64,000 bases of DNA from Okamejei kenojei (lineage: Eukaryota). Under the pieces are notes generated by a model, which was not told the DNA's origin, did no database searches, and was given only the letters and a program-made list of their open reading frames with translations. Shown here in pieces: positions 24,501 to 36,500 of the stretch. The translations under genes and the position numbers were made by a program. The stretch spans positions 15,128,001-15,192,000 of the forward strand of contig CM069164.1 in assembly GCA_035221665.1 (NCBI GenBank), in the 5' to 3' direction. Position 1 is the stretch's first letter; the number at the start of each line of letters is the position of its first letter.

Positions 24501-27500
24501 ACACAAAATTCCCCGGTTGAAGGAGATTGTTTGATCTTATCGTGAGTTGACACCAGGTTCTTTATTCCGTACCTGAGGAGTTCTTTGATTTTAGTTTTTT
24601 TGGAGACGTTGGAGATTTTGTTGGTGATGTTTCTGTCTCAGCCTCATCACTGGAGCCTTGCTCAATCTCGGAATCCTCCTTGACTGTCCTGGCTGCACCT
24701 ACTTGCAAAATGAGAAATTCATTATATGTCGGGAGCGCGCTCAATCCATGCATATCTTTACCTGGAATACCTTCCTTTTTCAATGGGGGGCTGCGTGAAA
24801 TAATTGGCCTCTCAGCGTCGATTTATGTGAAGGACTGTGTTTCTTGGCCTGAAAGGGGCCTGGCTACAATAGCTGACATGAGAAGCAGTCAGCCTACAGT
24901 AAATAAGCCTTTTTATCCACTCCAGCCTTACTCACATAAACACCATCACCTTTACTAGTAATGGATCAACTAATCAAGATATCGGACATATATATGTCAA
25001 AGCCCCAAGCTCCCTGGTAAACTGCGTAGTGGCCATTTTTCCATAGTAACTGATGTACACAATGAATAATATCAATTAAATATTTCCTATCATTGTACAT
25101 TAAGTGCAAAGGAAAACCAACTCCTCCATCTCACACACCCTCTCACCATGCTGCCATTTATGCATTGTCATTAAATAGGAGGGTAGTGTCTTCCCTTGAA
25201 CAGAACAGGCTGCAAGGTTCAGGGAGGAGCACTTTCATATTCTCAAACATAATCATGGACAAGCAATAAGTGTTGGTCAAACCAACAGCAGCTACATCTT
25301 GAGAAGCCTGGCGCCAAGACGTGAGTCGTAGAACCATTCTTTTCCTGACCATTCACCATTTAACTCTACTGGCTTTTGAAGTGTTCTAACAACTCACCTC
25401 CTTTACTGGGACCAGAATCTTCAGCTTTGTCTGATTTGGCTTCTTGCTCATCGGAGAGTTTGTTGGAATAGGTGCTGGACACGTACAGTTTGTTGATATC
25501 CAGGCTGGTCTTGCTGAAGGGGGATGGCGAGGAGTACATGCTTGCATAGCCATTGGATGAGCAGGTCATGGTGGCAAGGTCCAGGGCCTTTCCCCCCGTG
25601 ATAATAGGAATATTCAGGGAAAGCTTCCTCCTCCGAATTGGTGATGATGTCTTAGAAATAGAAAGGGGCGGCGGGGAGGAAAATTTCCGGCTCGCTCGTG
25701 GGGATTTTGGGGGCTCCCTGTACAGAAGTTTATTATTTTGGCTGCTTGCAAGAAAGAGTTCAAGTGACCTACATTTGAGAGGAAATCTAGTGTTAATAGG
25801 ATGATTGATGTATAATTGCTCCATTTATTTAACCATAAGCATCATTAAACGATTAGGGCAGACTGTCAAATCAAACACACTTTGCTGAGAATTAGTCTCT
25901 TCATTATTATCCCTTTCAGGCAATCTAAACACATTATTGTTATTGATTTTTATGTGTTTTTGGGAGAGAATGTTGGAAGGAATTATTGAATTATTGACAG
26001 TGTTGCAAATCTGTCTCACTCAAAATTAATAGTGGAAATGCTCTCATTAGAACAAGAACTCAATGATTTCAATTCTGTAAACGATGTGAAGAATTTTGTA
26101 TGAACGTATTACTGACATCATTATGCATATGATTCGACTCATTCTTTCCACATGACATATGCTTGTGCACACACATGTACAGTAGGTTTAAATGTATCAC
26201 ACACCAAAACAGGGACAGAGAGAGACATCACCTTGCAGGTATCGCACTTATTGGCTTCTTGTAAATGGTGATGAGCTTGTCCAGTACCACTTCGGCTGTG
26301 GTGAAACCCCGATATGAATGCAGGAACGTGTTGAGGAAGTCTATACTTAGGAAGCGCAGGTCAGTCAGGCGCTCCAATAGACGCTCCACGGTTGCATAGC
26401 GAATCTGGAGAACTTTGCAGGAGTTGAGGGTTTTGCTGAACCTTATATCCACATCGTCACAGTAAAGGCTGGTGTCAGACCTGCCAGTTACAATGAAAAC
26501 AATGAGTATCACGATCAGGAAAAGGTGGACTGTCATTTGGAATGCAGGCGATGTAGTTTCTGGTAAATTTCCAGATAATGTTTGGCAGATTTTTGTACAT
26601 ACAGTACAGTATGTGATTTCAATGGATATCAAGCTGAGACGGGTACTTAGAGTTAAGATGCAGATTGTAAATGGCAATTGGTGCCAGATCAATTGTTAAT
26701 TTTAAATCTGAGACTGATAGTTAACCAACGTTGGTGCGATATGGGTGAAAGGTAGAATTCAACACTCACCTTTCCTAATATTTAGTGGCAGAAAATTGTA
26801 GTACTAAACTCATAGATCTAGGAGTCAGTACCCCCCTCTACCACTGGATCTTCGATTCCTGACCGATAGACTACAATCAAGGAAGATAGGCTACAAAACA
26901 ACCTTGTTGGTCATTTTCAACACTGGTGTCTGGCAAGGATTTGTTCTCAGCCCCTACTACACTCCCCATACACTCACAACTGTGTGGCCAAATTTTGCTC
27001 TAACTCCATTTAGAAGTTTGCAGATGACACCACCATAGTTACTCTAATGTTTTCAAACAATGGCGAAAGAGAGCTTAGTAACATGGTGTCAAGACAACCC
27101 CTCTCAATGTCAGAAAAATTAAGGTTAGTTATTGATTTCAAAAAAACAAAGTAATGTACAAGTCCTAATCATCATCATTGGTGCTGAAATTGATATGGTC
27201 AACAGATTCAAGTTCCTAGTCGTATGAATCACCAACATTTTGTCTTGGACCAACTACATTGAAGCTACAGCCTCTATCTTCTTAGAAGACTAAGGAAGTT
27301 TGGCATGTCTCCAACATCTCTTACCAACTTCTATGGATGCACTGCAGATAGCATCATATTGGGATGCATCGCAACTTGGTTTTGAAACAGATTTGCGCAA
27401 GCCAGCAAGAAATTGAAGAAAGTTGTAGATGTAGCCCAGTCCGTCACACAAAGTAAACTCCATCTGCACTTCACACTGCCTCGGGAAAGCAGTCAACAAA

Positions 27501-30500
27501 ATCAAGGACCTTTTACACACCCTCTCTCTCGTCCCCCATTGGGCAGAAGATACAAAACTTTGAAAGCACGTAACACCAGACTAAGGAACAGTTTCTTCCA
27601 CTACTGACCAGACCTTTCATAGTTAAGGGTATAGTCTCAAACTCCCTGTAGCAGACACACAGTATTTGACAGCTTCAGCCCCAATAACAAAAGGAACTTC
27701 TTAGCCAGTATATTATAGGAGAATGTCTATCCCACAGCAGATAGAGATGGAGCTGCATAACAGAGATAGGTCAAGTCCTACTTTTGTTGTTTGGGAGTGT
27801 TTTTTTTTTAATTTTATAATGGGATGTGTGGGTTGCTGGCAAGGCCATCAATCATTATCCATCCCTAATAGCCATGAGAAGGTGATGTGACAGCAGAGTG
27901 CTTGGTAAGGCATGTCAAAGGTAGTTAAGGTGCATCCATAATCTGTCATGGATTCAATGCAATGGAGTCATGGGACCACAATAGATAAGATGAACAGATT
28001 TCCTTCCCTGAACAGCATTATGTTTTTTTGTTTGCAGATTTCTAGCCCAGTAACCTAGCCACTATGTGACTAAATTCTGATTGCATTAAAGAGACTGCAC
28101 CCAATTGCCTCTGTGAGGCGAGTAGAGATGCAGTGAATTACCACTTACTTAATCATCTGCGGAACTGTGACTTTGGAATTTTCTTCAAATGCATTCATCA
28201 TCAGACCATTGCATCGAATATTATCTATGCACTGGAGAGAGAGAAATAATTTGGTATATAATAATTAAAAAACTGCAGACCTGATTAAAACAAAAAACAG
28301 AACACCCTGCAAAGTTTTGAAAAACTGGATGAAAAGTTAAAAGCTTGAAATATTAATCTGTTTCTCCCTCCTTTGATGGTCCCTGATCCGCTGAATATTT
28401 TCAGCAAGAATTGTATTCTCTAAGAACTGAAATTACTGTTGGAAAATTAAGCATCTATTTATGGCCATACAGCAATAATTAATTAACTTTTAACACAGTA
28501 GAACAGCCAAGATACTTCACAGGAGCACCAACAAACAGTTTGTTACCAACTACATGAGGAGATACAAAAATTAAACTTTTGCCAAAGAGGGAGAAGATTG
28601 GGAACCTTTTGAAGAAGAAAGGAGTGAGAACCAGAGCGAGAAAGCTCAGGAAAAGGACAGGAGTGAGATTAAATGGAGAGGCTCTTTCACATTGGGACAT
28701 GAACAATGGCCAAACAGTCTTTGCCTGCATGATTCTATGAGGATTCACTCACCTGGCTAATATCACTTGTCCATGCAGCTTTCTCTTGCCGTGATGAGGC
28801 CACCAGAATCACAGTGAATGATGGAGTATCTTTCGGTTCCACCACAAGTTTGAAATCAAGGTGTTCCATGTCTTGACCTGCTCCTCGAGCTGGTAGATTT
28901 AAAAATAAAAGATTCACAGCAACAGTGGCACACCAATTGGTTCTTTTCCCTCTCCCACCATCTTGAATTTGCCCCGAATATCATAACATCCCTGACAAGC
29001 CAAACCGCAGCCACCTAGTCCACGGTTTCAACTCCCAGATTGTGCCATTGCTTCCAGTTATGCATCATTCAATGGAATTCCCATCTTGCTCTCCCAAAGC
29101 AACAGGCACCAGACATTAATTATTACATGTTGGAATAGTGCCCAAATGGGGATTTAATGGAATTAAAGAAAATAGAATTCAGGAATTTTCTTGCAACTGA
29201 CCTGGTGCCAGATGCACAGAGAGAAACAGAGTAAATATCCCTTGACCATGCCTCATGTACATTCCTTTCCGCAGCCTCGGAAATAGAATTCCCAATATTC
29301 TTGCTTGAACCTCTACCGTATCTACTAGTTTAGGTCCCCCGGCCTTCCTGCCTTGGCTCAAAGCCTATTTGAGACAGCCTGACCAATCTATCCCAGAGAC
29401 TTACTTACACACAGGTGCACCATTCACCACTGGTTCCCCACCTCCTCCCCCCAGCCATGCTGCTCATGATCCTGATGTGGGAATACATTACTGTTCCTTC
29501 ATGGGTACTAGGGTCCAGCCCTGGAACATCCTGCTCAACAGCACCGTGGGAGCATGTTCACCAGAACGACTGTGGTGGTCAAAATCAGGAGAACGTAATG
29601 GACATGATCATTGAGGTGCAGTTGTTTTATGTACCTGCTGCCTTAGATAGAAACATAGAAACATAGAAAATAGGTGCAGGAGTAGGCCATTTGGCCCTTC
29701 GAGCCTGCACCGCCATTCAATATGATCATGGCTGATCATCCAACTCAGTATCCTGTACCTGCCTTCTCTCCATACCCACTGATCCCTTTAGCCACAAGGG
29801 CCACATCTAACTCCCTCTTAAATATAGCCAATGAACTGGCCTCAACTACCTTCTGTGGCAGAGAATTCCAGAGACTCACCACTCTCTGTGTGAAAAATGT
29901 TTTCCTCATCTCGGTCCTAAAGGAATTCCCTTATCCTTAGACTGTGACCCCTTGTTCTGGATCTCCCCAACATCGGGAACAATCTTCCTGCATCTAGCCT
30001 ATCCAACCCCTTAAGAATTTTGTAAGTTTCTATAAGATCCCCCCTCAGTCTTCTAAATTCTAGCGAGTACAAGCCAAGTCTATCCAGAATTTCCTCATAT
30101 GAAAGTCCTGACATCCCAGGAATCAGTCTGGTGAACCTTCTCTGTACCCCCTCTATGGCAAGAGTGTATTTTCTCAGATTTGGAGACCAAAACTGTACGC
30201 GATACTCCGGGTGTGGTCTCACCAAAACCCTATACAACTGCAGTAGAACCTCCCTGCTCCTATACTCAAATCCTTTCACTATGAATGCTAACATACCATT
30301 TGCTTTCTTCACTGCCTGCTGCACCTGCATGCCTACTTTCAATGACTGGTGTACCATGACACCCAGGTCTCGTTGTATCTCCCCTTTTCCTAATCGGCCA
30401 CCATTCAGATAATAGTCCACCCTCCTGTTTTTACCACCAAAATGGATAACCTCATATTTATCCACATTATGCTGCATCTGCCATGCATTTGCCCACTCAC

Positions 30501-33500
30501 CCAGCCTATCCTAGTCACCTTGCAGCCTCCTAGCATCCTCCTCACACCTAACACTGCCCCCCAGCTTAGTGTCATCCGCAAACTTGGAGATGTTGCATTC
30601 AATTCCCTCGTCCAAATCATTAATATATATTGTAAATAGCTTGGGTCCCAGCACTGAGCCTTGCGGTACCCCACTAGTCACTGCCTGCCATTGTGAAAAG
30701 GACCCGTTTACTCCTACCCTTTACTTCCTGTCTGCCAGCCAGTTCTCTATCCACGTCAGTACTGAACCCCCAATACCGTTCAGTACTGTTAGAAAAGGCT
30801 GTCAGTTGAGACGCTTTCTTGGTGATAGAATCATAGATTAATAAAGTGTGGAAACAACATCGGCCCAACTTGCCCACACAGGCCAACATGTCCCAGCTAC
30901 GCTAGTCCCACCTGCCAGCATTTGGTCTATATCCCTCCAAACCTAACCTATCCATGTGCCTATATCCATAATTGCTTCTTAAATGTTGGGATAGTCCCGA
31001 CCTCAACTAGCTCCTCCAGCCACTTGTTTCATACATCTACCTCCATTTGTGGGAAAAACGCAGATTCCTATTACACCTTTTCCCCTTCACCTTAAGCCTA
31101 TGTCCTCTGGTCCACGATTTACCAACTCTGGGCAAGAGACCCTGTGCATCTACCTGATCTATTCCTCTCATGATCTATAAGATCACCCCTCATCCTCCTG
31201 CGCTCTAAGGAATAGAGTCCCAGCCTACTCAACCTCCCTCCTAAAGCTCAGACTCTCTAGTCCTGACAACATCCTCGTAAATCTTCTCTGTACCCTTTCC
31301 AGCTTGGTGGAAAGCATAAATTCAGCAACAACTTTAACCTTTAGTGCTGAGGCTCTTTTCACCAAGGCCGTACCAAGGCAGGGTTCAGTGAGAGCCCTTA
31401 GAACAGAATTAGATTGAAGTCAGGCTTTGGTTCCAGGAGTTGATATATTGATTTAACCTGCCAACTTACAGAAGCAAGTACACACACAGACCTTTCACAT
31501 ATACACACAAACACAAATTAATGTGCACGGTCTTGTGTGCAAGCCTAGTCTTAGACATAAACACACACCGACACATACACACACTCACACAGATTCACAC
31601 TCATAGGTGTTCACGTCCATTCACACTTGCACACAAACACTATATTGTAAGTCTTTTTACATACTCTCATCGTCTGTGGTCTCTGGGTCCTCCAGCAAGG
31701 TGCAGTCAATAAGTGAGAGAACACCATTCTGCAAGGCAATTAAAACCACTTGAAAAGGCAAACAAGATTTGACTTAAGGATAAATGACATTCTTTCTCAC
31801 AGCTGAGTTCATCCCTGGAATGATACATATCATTAGTGAAATGGCCAGGCACACGCTGGTGGTAATTAACAGAAAGGTGTGAAATGACACATTTTCATAA
31901 TATGTCGAAGAAAGGTAATCAATGGTGAGGTCATACAGGAGATGCAAGAAACATGAGAACAGGAGGTCATATACCTAAATAATTGAAGGGTCACCTCCCC
32001 ATAGGCAACTGCTCTTGTCTGGAGCAGAGTCACACACACATGACTCAGTGCAGTTGGTTGTTGGCTGACAAGGGGAGCACTAATGGTGCTGTAGTTGGAT
32101 GAGAATCAATGGGAAAGAAGGGGAGGGAGTGAAAACTGGGCCTGATTTGCTTTAGAGAGCATGAGGTTGGCCTGGATTCTGCTTTGCACGGTCTGATGCC
32201 CACCCTAGTACCGACAGAACATTATGTACTACACGCTGACTTTTACCTGCAGCTTCCTGCTCGGTGCTCTCTGCACCTGAGCTTGTTAATGGCACGGTGT
32301 GGGTGGATGTACTGTACTCCCTCAGGCATTGAGGTGAGTGGGGGAAGCTGGGCATACCCAAGTCTTTTTCCAGTGAGATCCACAACACTGGGGCATCCAC
32401 ATTGGGGCTAGTGCCAGTGATCAGAATCCCCTCAGCGGTCCACAGAGAGGTGGTAGTTTTCATAAATTAACAGAGATTCTGTGTCAGGGCCAAGGGGTTC
32501 CAAGACCTGTGAGGTCACTGGTGAAAGCAATGGGGAGATCCCTGAATGGAACCCCTGTACATTCTGCACTGTAAAAATGATGGGAGGTTTAATCTAAACC
32601 CAAAGCCCCAGCCTTTCACTTCCAGAAAGGTTCCCACCCGCCTGGCACTGAGAGAGAGTCAAATTCCCTGAGCAGCTTCTGATGTACTTACTCGTTTACT
32701 GTCAAACAGCATCTGAAAAACAAAACCGGCCACAGTGATTATCACATGGGGGGGATGAGGAAGCAGAGAAATATCTGAGTGGGTGGGAGAATGGTCTATA
32801 TTTGTGACATAAAATTATATTGAGGGACAACGCAAGAGGAGGAGCCCATTTATTCTCCCAAGCCTGTTCGACCTTACTGTAAATTTTGAGTGATATGTGA
32901 TGTAATTCCATTAATGTGGCCTTTAATACTTCCCTTAATTCCACTGTTTATCAAATTTTAAATGAACATCCTAAAACTGAGCCTCAACTGCAGACTTGTG
33001 ACCACATTATCAAATCTCCTCCAACATTTGGGCATGGGTGGATTCCCAGCCTGATATCCAGCCTCTCAGGTTGAGCCTGCCTCCAATTTTCAGACTTTGA
33101 TGCTCGGGTGAGGAATTCCTCAAAATCACATTTGAAACATTGGAGTAAGATATTGCCAAAAACACATTTCACCTTGTCACTGGCTACACCATTCTGAACA
33201 ATTTGTCTATGATCATGACCTCGGAGAGGATATTTATTCATGTGAGCCCAAGAACAAAATACTTCATCTTATGTGGGGGAGTGATGAGTTGCTGGGATTG
33301 TTCTTCTGAGAGTAGAGAAAATGGAGGGGAAATTCAAAAGAGGTCTTCAAAAGCACATGGAGTTTTGATAGAGTCAATGAGGAGAAGCTGCTTCCACAGA
33401 AGGCTGGTAACCAGAGGGAAGATGAGAGTTTTTTACACAGCATTTTTCTGGAACTTGCTTTTTTAAAGTGAACAATAGAGGGTAATCGATCACTACTTTC

Positions 33501-36500
33501 AAAGGGAAAATTTGATGAAAAGGGATATTTGCAGAACTTTGGGGAAAAAGAGGCATTGAATAGAGAACTCTTTCAAAAAATTAGCACATTGATTACGAAC
33601 TCCTGATAAATGTTCAAAAATACATCTATTTTCTGTGTACATCACTTATTTGGGTGCTAATGCTGCAGCATTTCTGCACATATTACATTTTGAGATGAAA
33701 GAACACACCTGCATTGGTCACCTACTTTAGTTAGATGGAGTTTCCCACCCGATCCTCGGGTACAAACTATCAAGTGTTTGGAGAACAGAAAACATTGCTT
33801 CTCTCCCTCCTTTTTCAGCGAGAGCGATCCCAACCGACCACGGGTAATCTTCCCTTTTTCAGTCATTGGTACTTGGATAAGCGATCCTGGGTTAGAGAGA
33901 GTATCAACTGGTTACAGGTGGACCGTAAAACAAAGATAAGCATATCACTCACAACAGAATATCATGTGAGCCGCCAACTCAGCAAAACCTGCAGTGGTTG
34001 TGTTTTGAGCATGATGCAATGGCAGTTATGATATTAGATTAGTAATCCAGCAAATGAGAGTTTGAAGGCAAATTTAAATGACTTTAAACTCAGTTCATTA
34101 AATAATTCCAGTTGATTAAGTATAATGTCTTCCTTAGTGAAGACGGAACCAAAGTAGTTATTCAATTGGTCTGCCATATCCTTGTTCCCCATGATCAACT
34201 CACTTGTTCCTGTAGGTCCCTTGCAGTCAGAAACAGGTGAGTTGATCATGGGGAACAAGGATATGGCGGACCAATTGAATAACTACTTTGGTTCCGTCTT
34301 CACTAAGGAAGACAAATAATCTGCCGGAAATAGCAGGGGACCGCGGGTCAAAGGAGGAATTGAGTGAAATCCAGGTTAGTCGGGAAGTGGTGTTGGGTAA
34401 ATTGAATGGATTAAAGGCCGATAAATCCCCAGGGCCAGATAGGCTGCATCCCAGAGTACTTAAGGAAGTAGCTCCGGGAATAGTGGATGCATTAGTGATA
34501 ATCTTTCAAATGCTTTAGATTATGGAGTAGTTCCTGAGGATTGGCGGGTAGCAAACGTAACCCCTCTTTTTAAGAAGGGAGGGAGAGAGAAAACGGGGAA
34601 TTACAGACCAGTTAGTCTAACATCAGTAGTGGGGAAACTGCTAGAGTCAGTTATTAAAGATGGGATAGCAGCACATTTGGAAAGTGGTGAAATCATTGGA
34701 CAAAGTCAGCATGGATTTACGTAAGGTAAATCATGTCTGACGAAACTTGTGGAATTTTTCGAGGATGTAACTAGTAGCGTGGATAAGGGAGAACCAGTGG
34801 ATGTGGTATATCTGGACTTCCAGAAGGCTTTCGACAAGGTCCCACATAAGAGATTAGTATACAGTCTTAAAGCATACGGCATTGGGGGTTCAGTATTGAT
34901 GTGGATAGAGAACTGGCTGGCAAACAGAAAGTAAAGAGTAGGAATAAACAGGTCCTTTTCACAATGGCAGGCAGTGACTAGTGGGGTACCGCAAGGCTCA
35001 GTGCTGGGACCCCAGCTATTTACAATATATATTAATGATCTGGATGATGGAATTGAAGGCAATATCTCCAAGTTTGCGGATGACACTAAGCTGGGGGGCA
35101 GTGTTAGCTGTGAGGAGGATGCTAGGAGACTGCAAGGTGACTCGGATAGGCTGGGTGAGTGGGCAAATGCATGGCAGCTGCAGTATAATGTATAAATGTG
35201 AGGTTATCCACTTTGGTGGCAAAAACAGGAAAGCAAACTATTATCTAAATGGTGGCCAATTAGGAAAAGGGGAGATGCAGCGAGACCTGGGTGTCATGGT
35301 ACACCAGTCATTGAAAGTAGGCATGCAGGTGCAGCAGGCAATGAAGAAAGCGAATGGTATGTTAGCTTTCATAGCAAAAGGATTTGAGTATAGGAGCAGG
35401 GAGGTTCTACTTCAGTTGTACAGGGTCTTGGTGAGACCACACCTGGAGTATTGCGTACAGTTCTGGTCTCCAAATCTGAGGAAGGACATTATTGCCATAG
35501 AGGGAGTGCAGAGAAAGTTCACCAGACTGATTCCTGGGATGTCAGGACTGTCTTATGAAGAAAGACTGGATAGACTCAGTTTATACTCTCTAGAATATAG
35601 GAGATTGAAAGGGGATCTTATAGAAACTTACAAAATTCTTAAGGGGTTGGACAGGCTAGATGCAGGAAGATTGTTCCCGATGTTGGGGAGGTCCAGGACA
35701 AGGGGTCACAGCTTAAGGATAAGGGGGAAATCCTTTAAGACCGAGATGAGAAAGACTTTTTTCACACAGAGAGTGGTGAGGCTCTGGAACTCTCTGCCAC
35801 AGAGGGTAGTTGAGGCCAGTTCATTGGCTATATTTAAGAGGGAGTTAGATGTGGCCCTTGTGGCTAAGGGGATCAGAGGGTATGGAGAGAAGGCAGGTAC
35901 GGGATACTGAGTTGGATGATCAGCCATGATCATATTGAATGGCGGTGCAGGCTCGAAGGGCCGAATGGCCTACTCCTGCACCTAATTTCTATGTTTATAT
36001 GTTCTATGTTTCTATGTTTCTATAATTAGTCACAATACTATTGAATTCTTGTGACCCATTTCATGTACATTAGGGAAGGGAAATTGCCACCTTAGCTGCT
36101 CTGAGTCTTCGAACTGCCTTCTAAAGTGGCCGTAAATAAAATGCTAAAATTCCACTTGCAAGCTGCTGAAAGTGTGGCACAATAGACAACGGTGTGCCAT
36201 GTGACTCGGTGTGTCACTGAACACATTGTTCACTTGTAGTCCACTCCATTGGTAAGGATCAATCCACAGGATTTCTTTGCTCGTCAAGGATGCCTGCCAC
36301 CCTGGCTATTCCCTGTTCTTGCTTCTCCTCCTGGGAAATTAGGAGCTTGAAAGCCTGGGTGTACAAACTTAAAAACAGCTTCTTCCCCACTGCTATCTGA
36401 CTCCTGAACCAATCGCCTCTTTCACACCCATTTCTCAGGGGTGCTGCCAAGTACACTTCCACTTAACTCTACGCCGGTTGTTAATTCCGTTATTGTACTG

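Noticed and set aside
32152-32570. GC-richer segment between exons 10 and 11 as a possible alternative exon
   Set aside because: All three frames from the candidate acceptors hit stops, and there is no recognisable homology.
34981-35910. 309-aa ORF, the longest in the window
   Set aside because: It is a frameshifted CR1 ORF2 fragment, not a host gene; upstream stops make the element non-autonomous.
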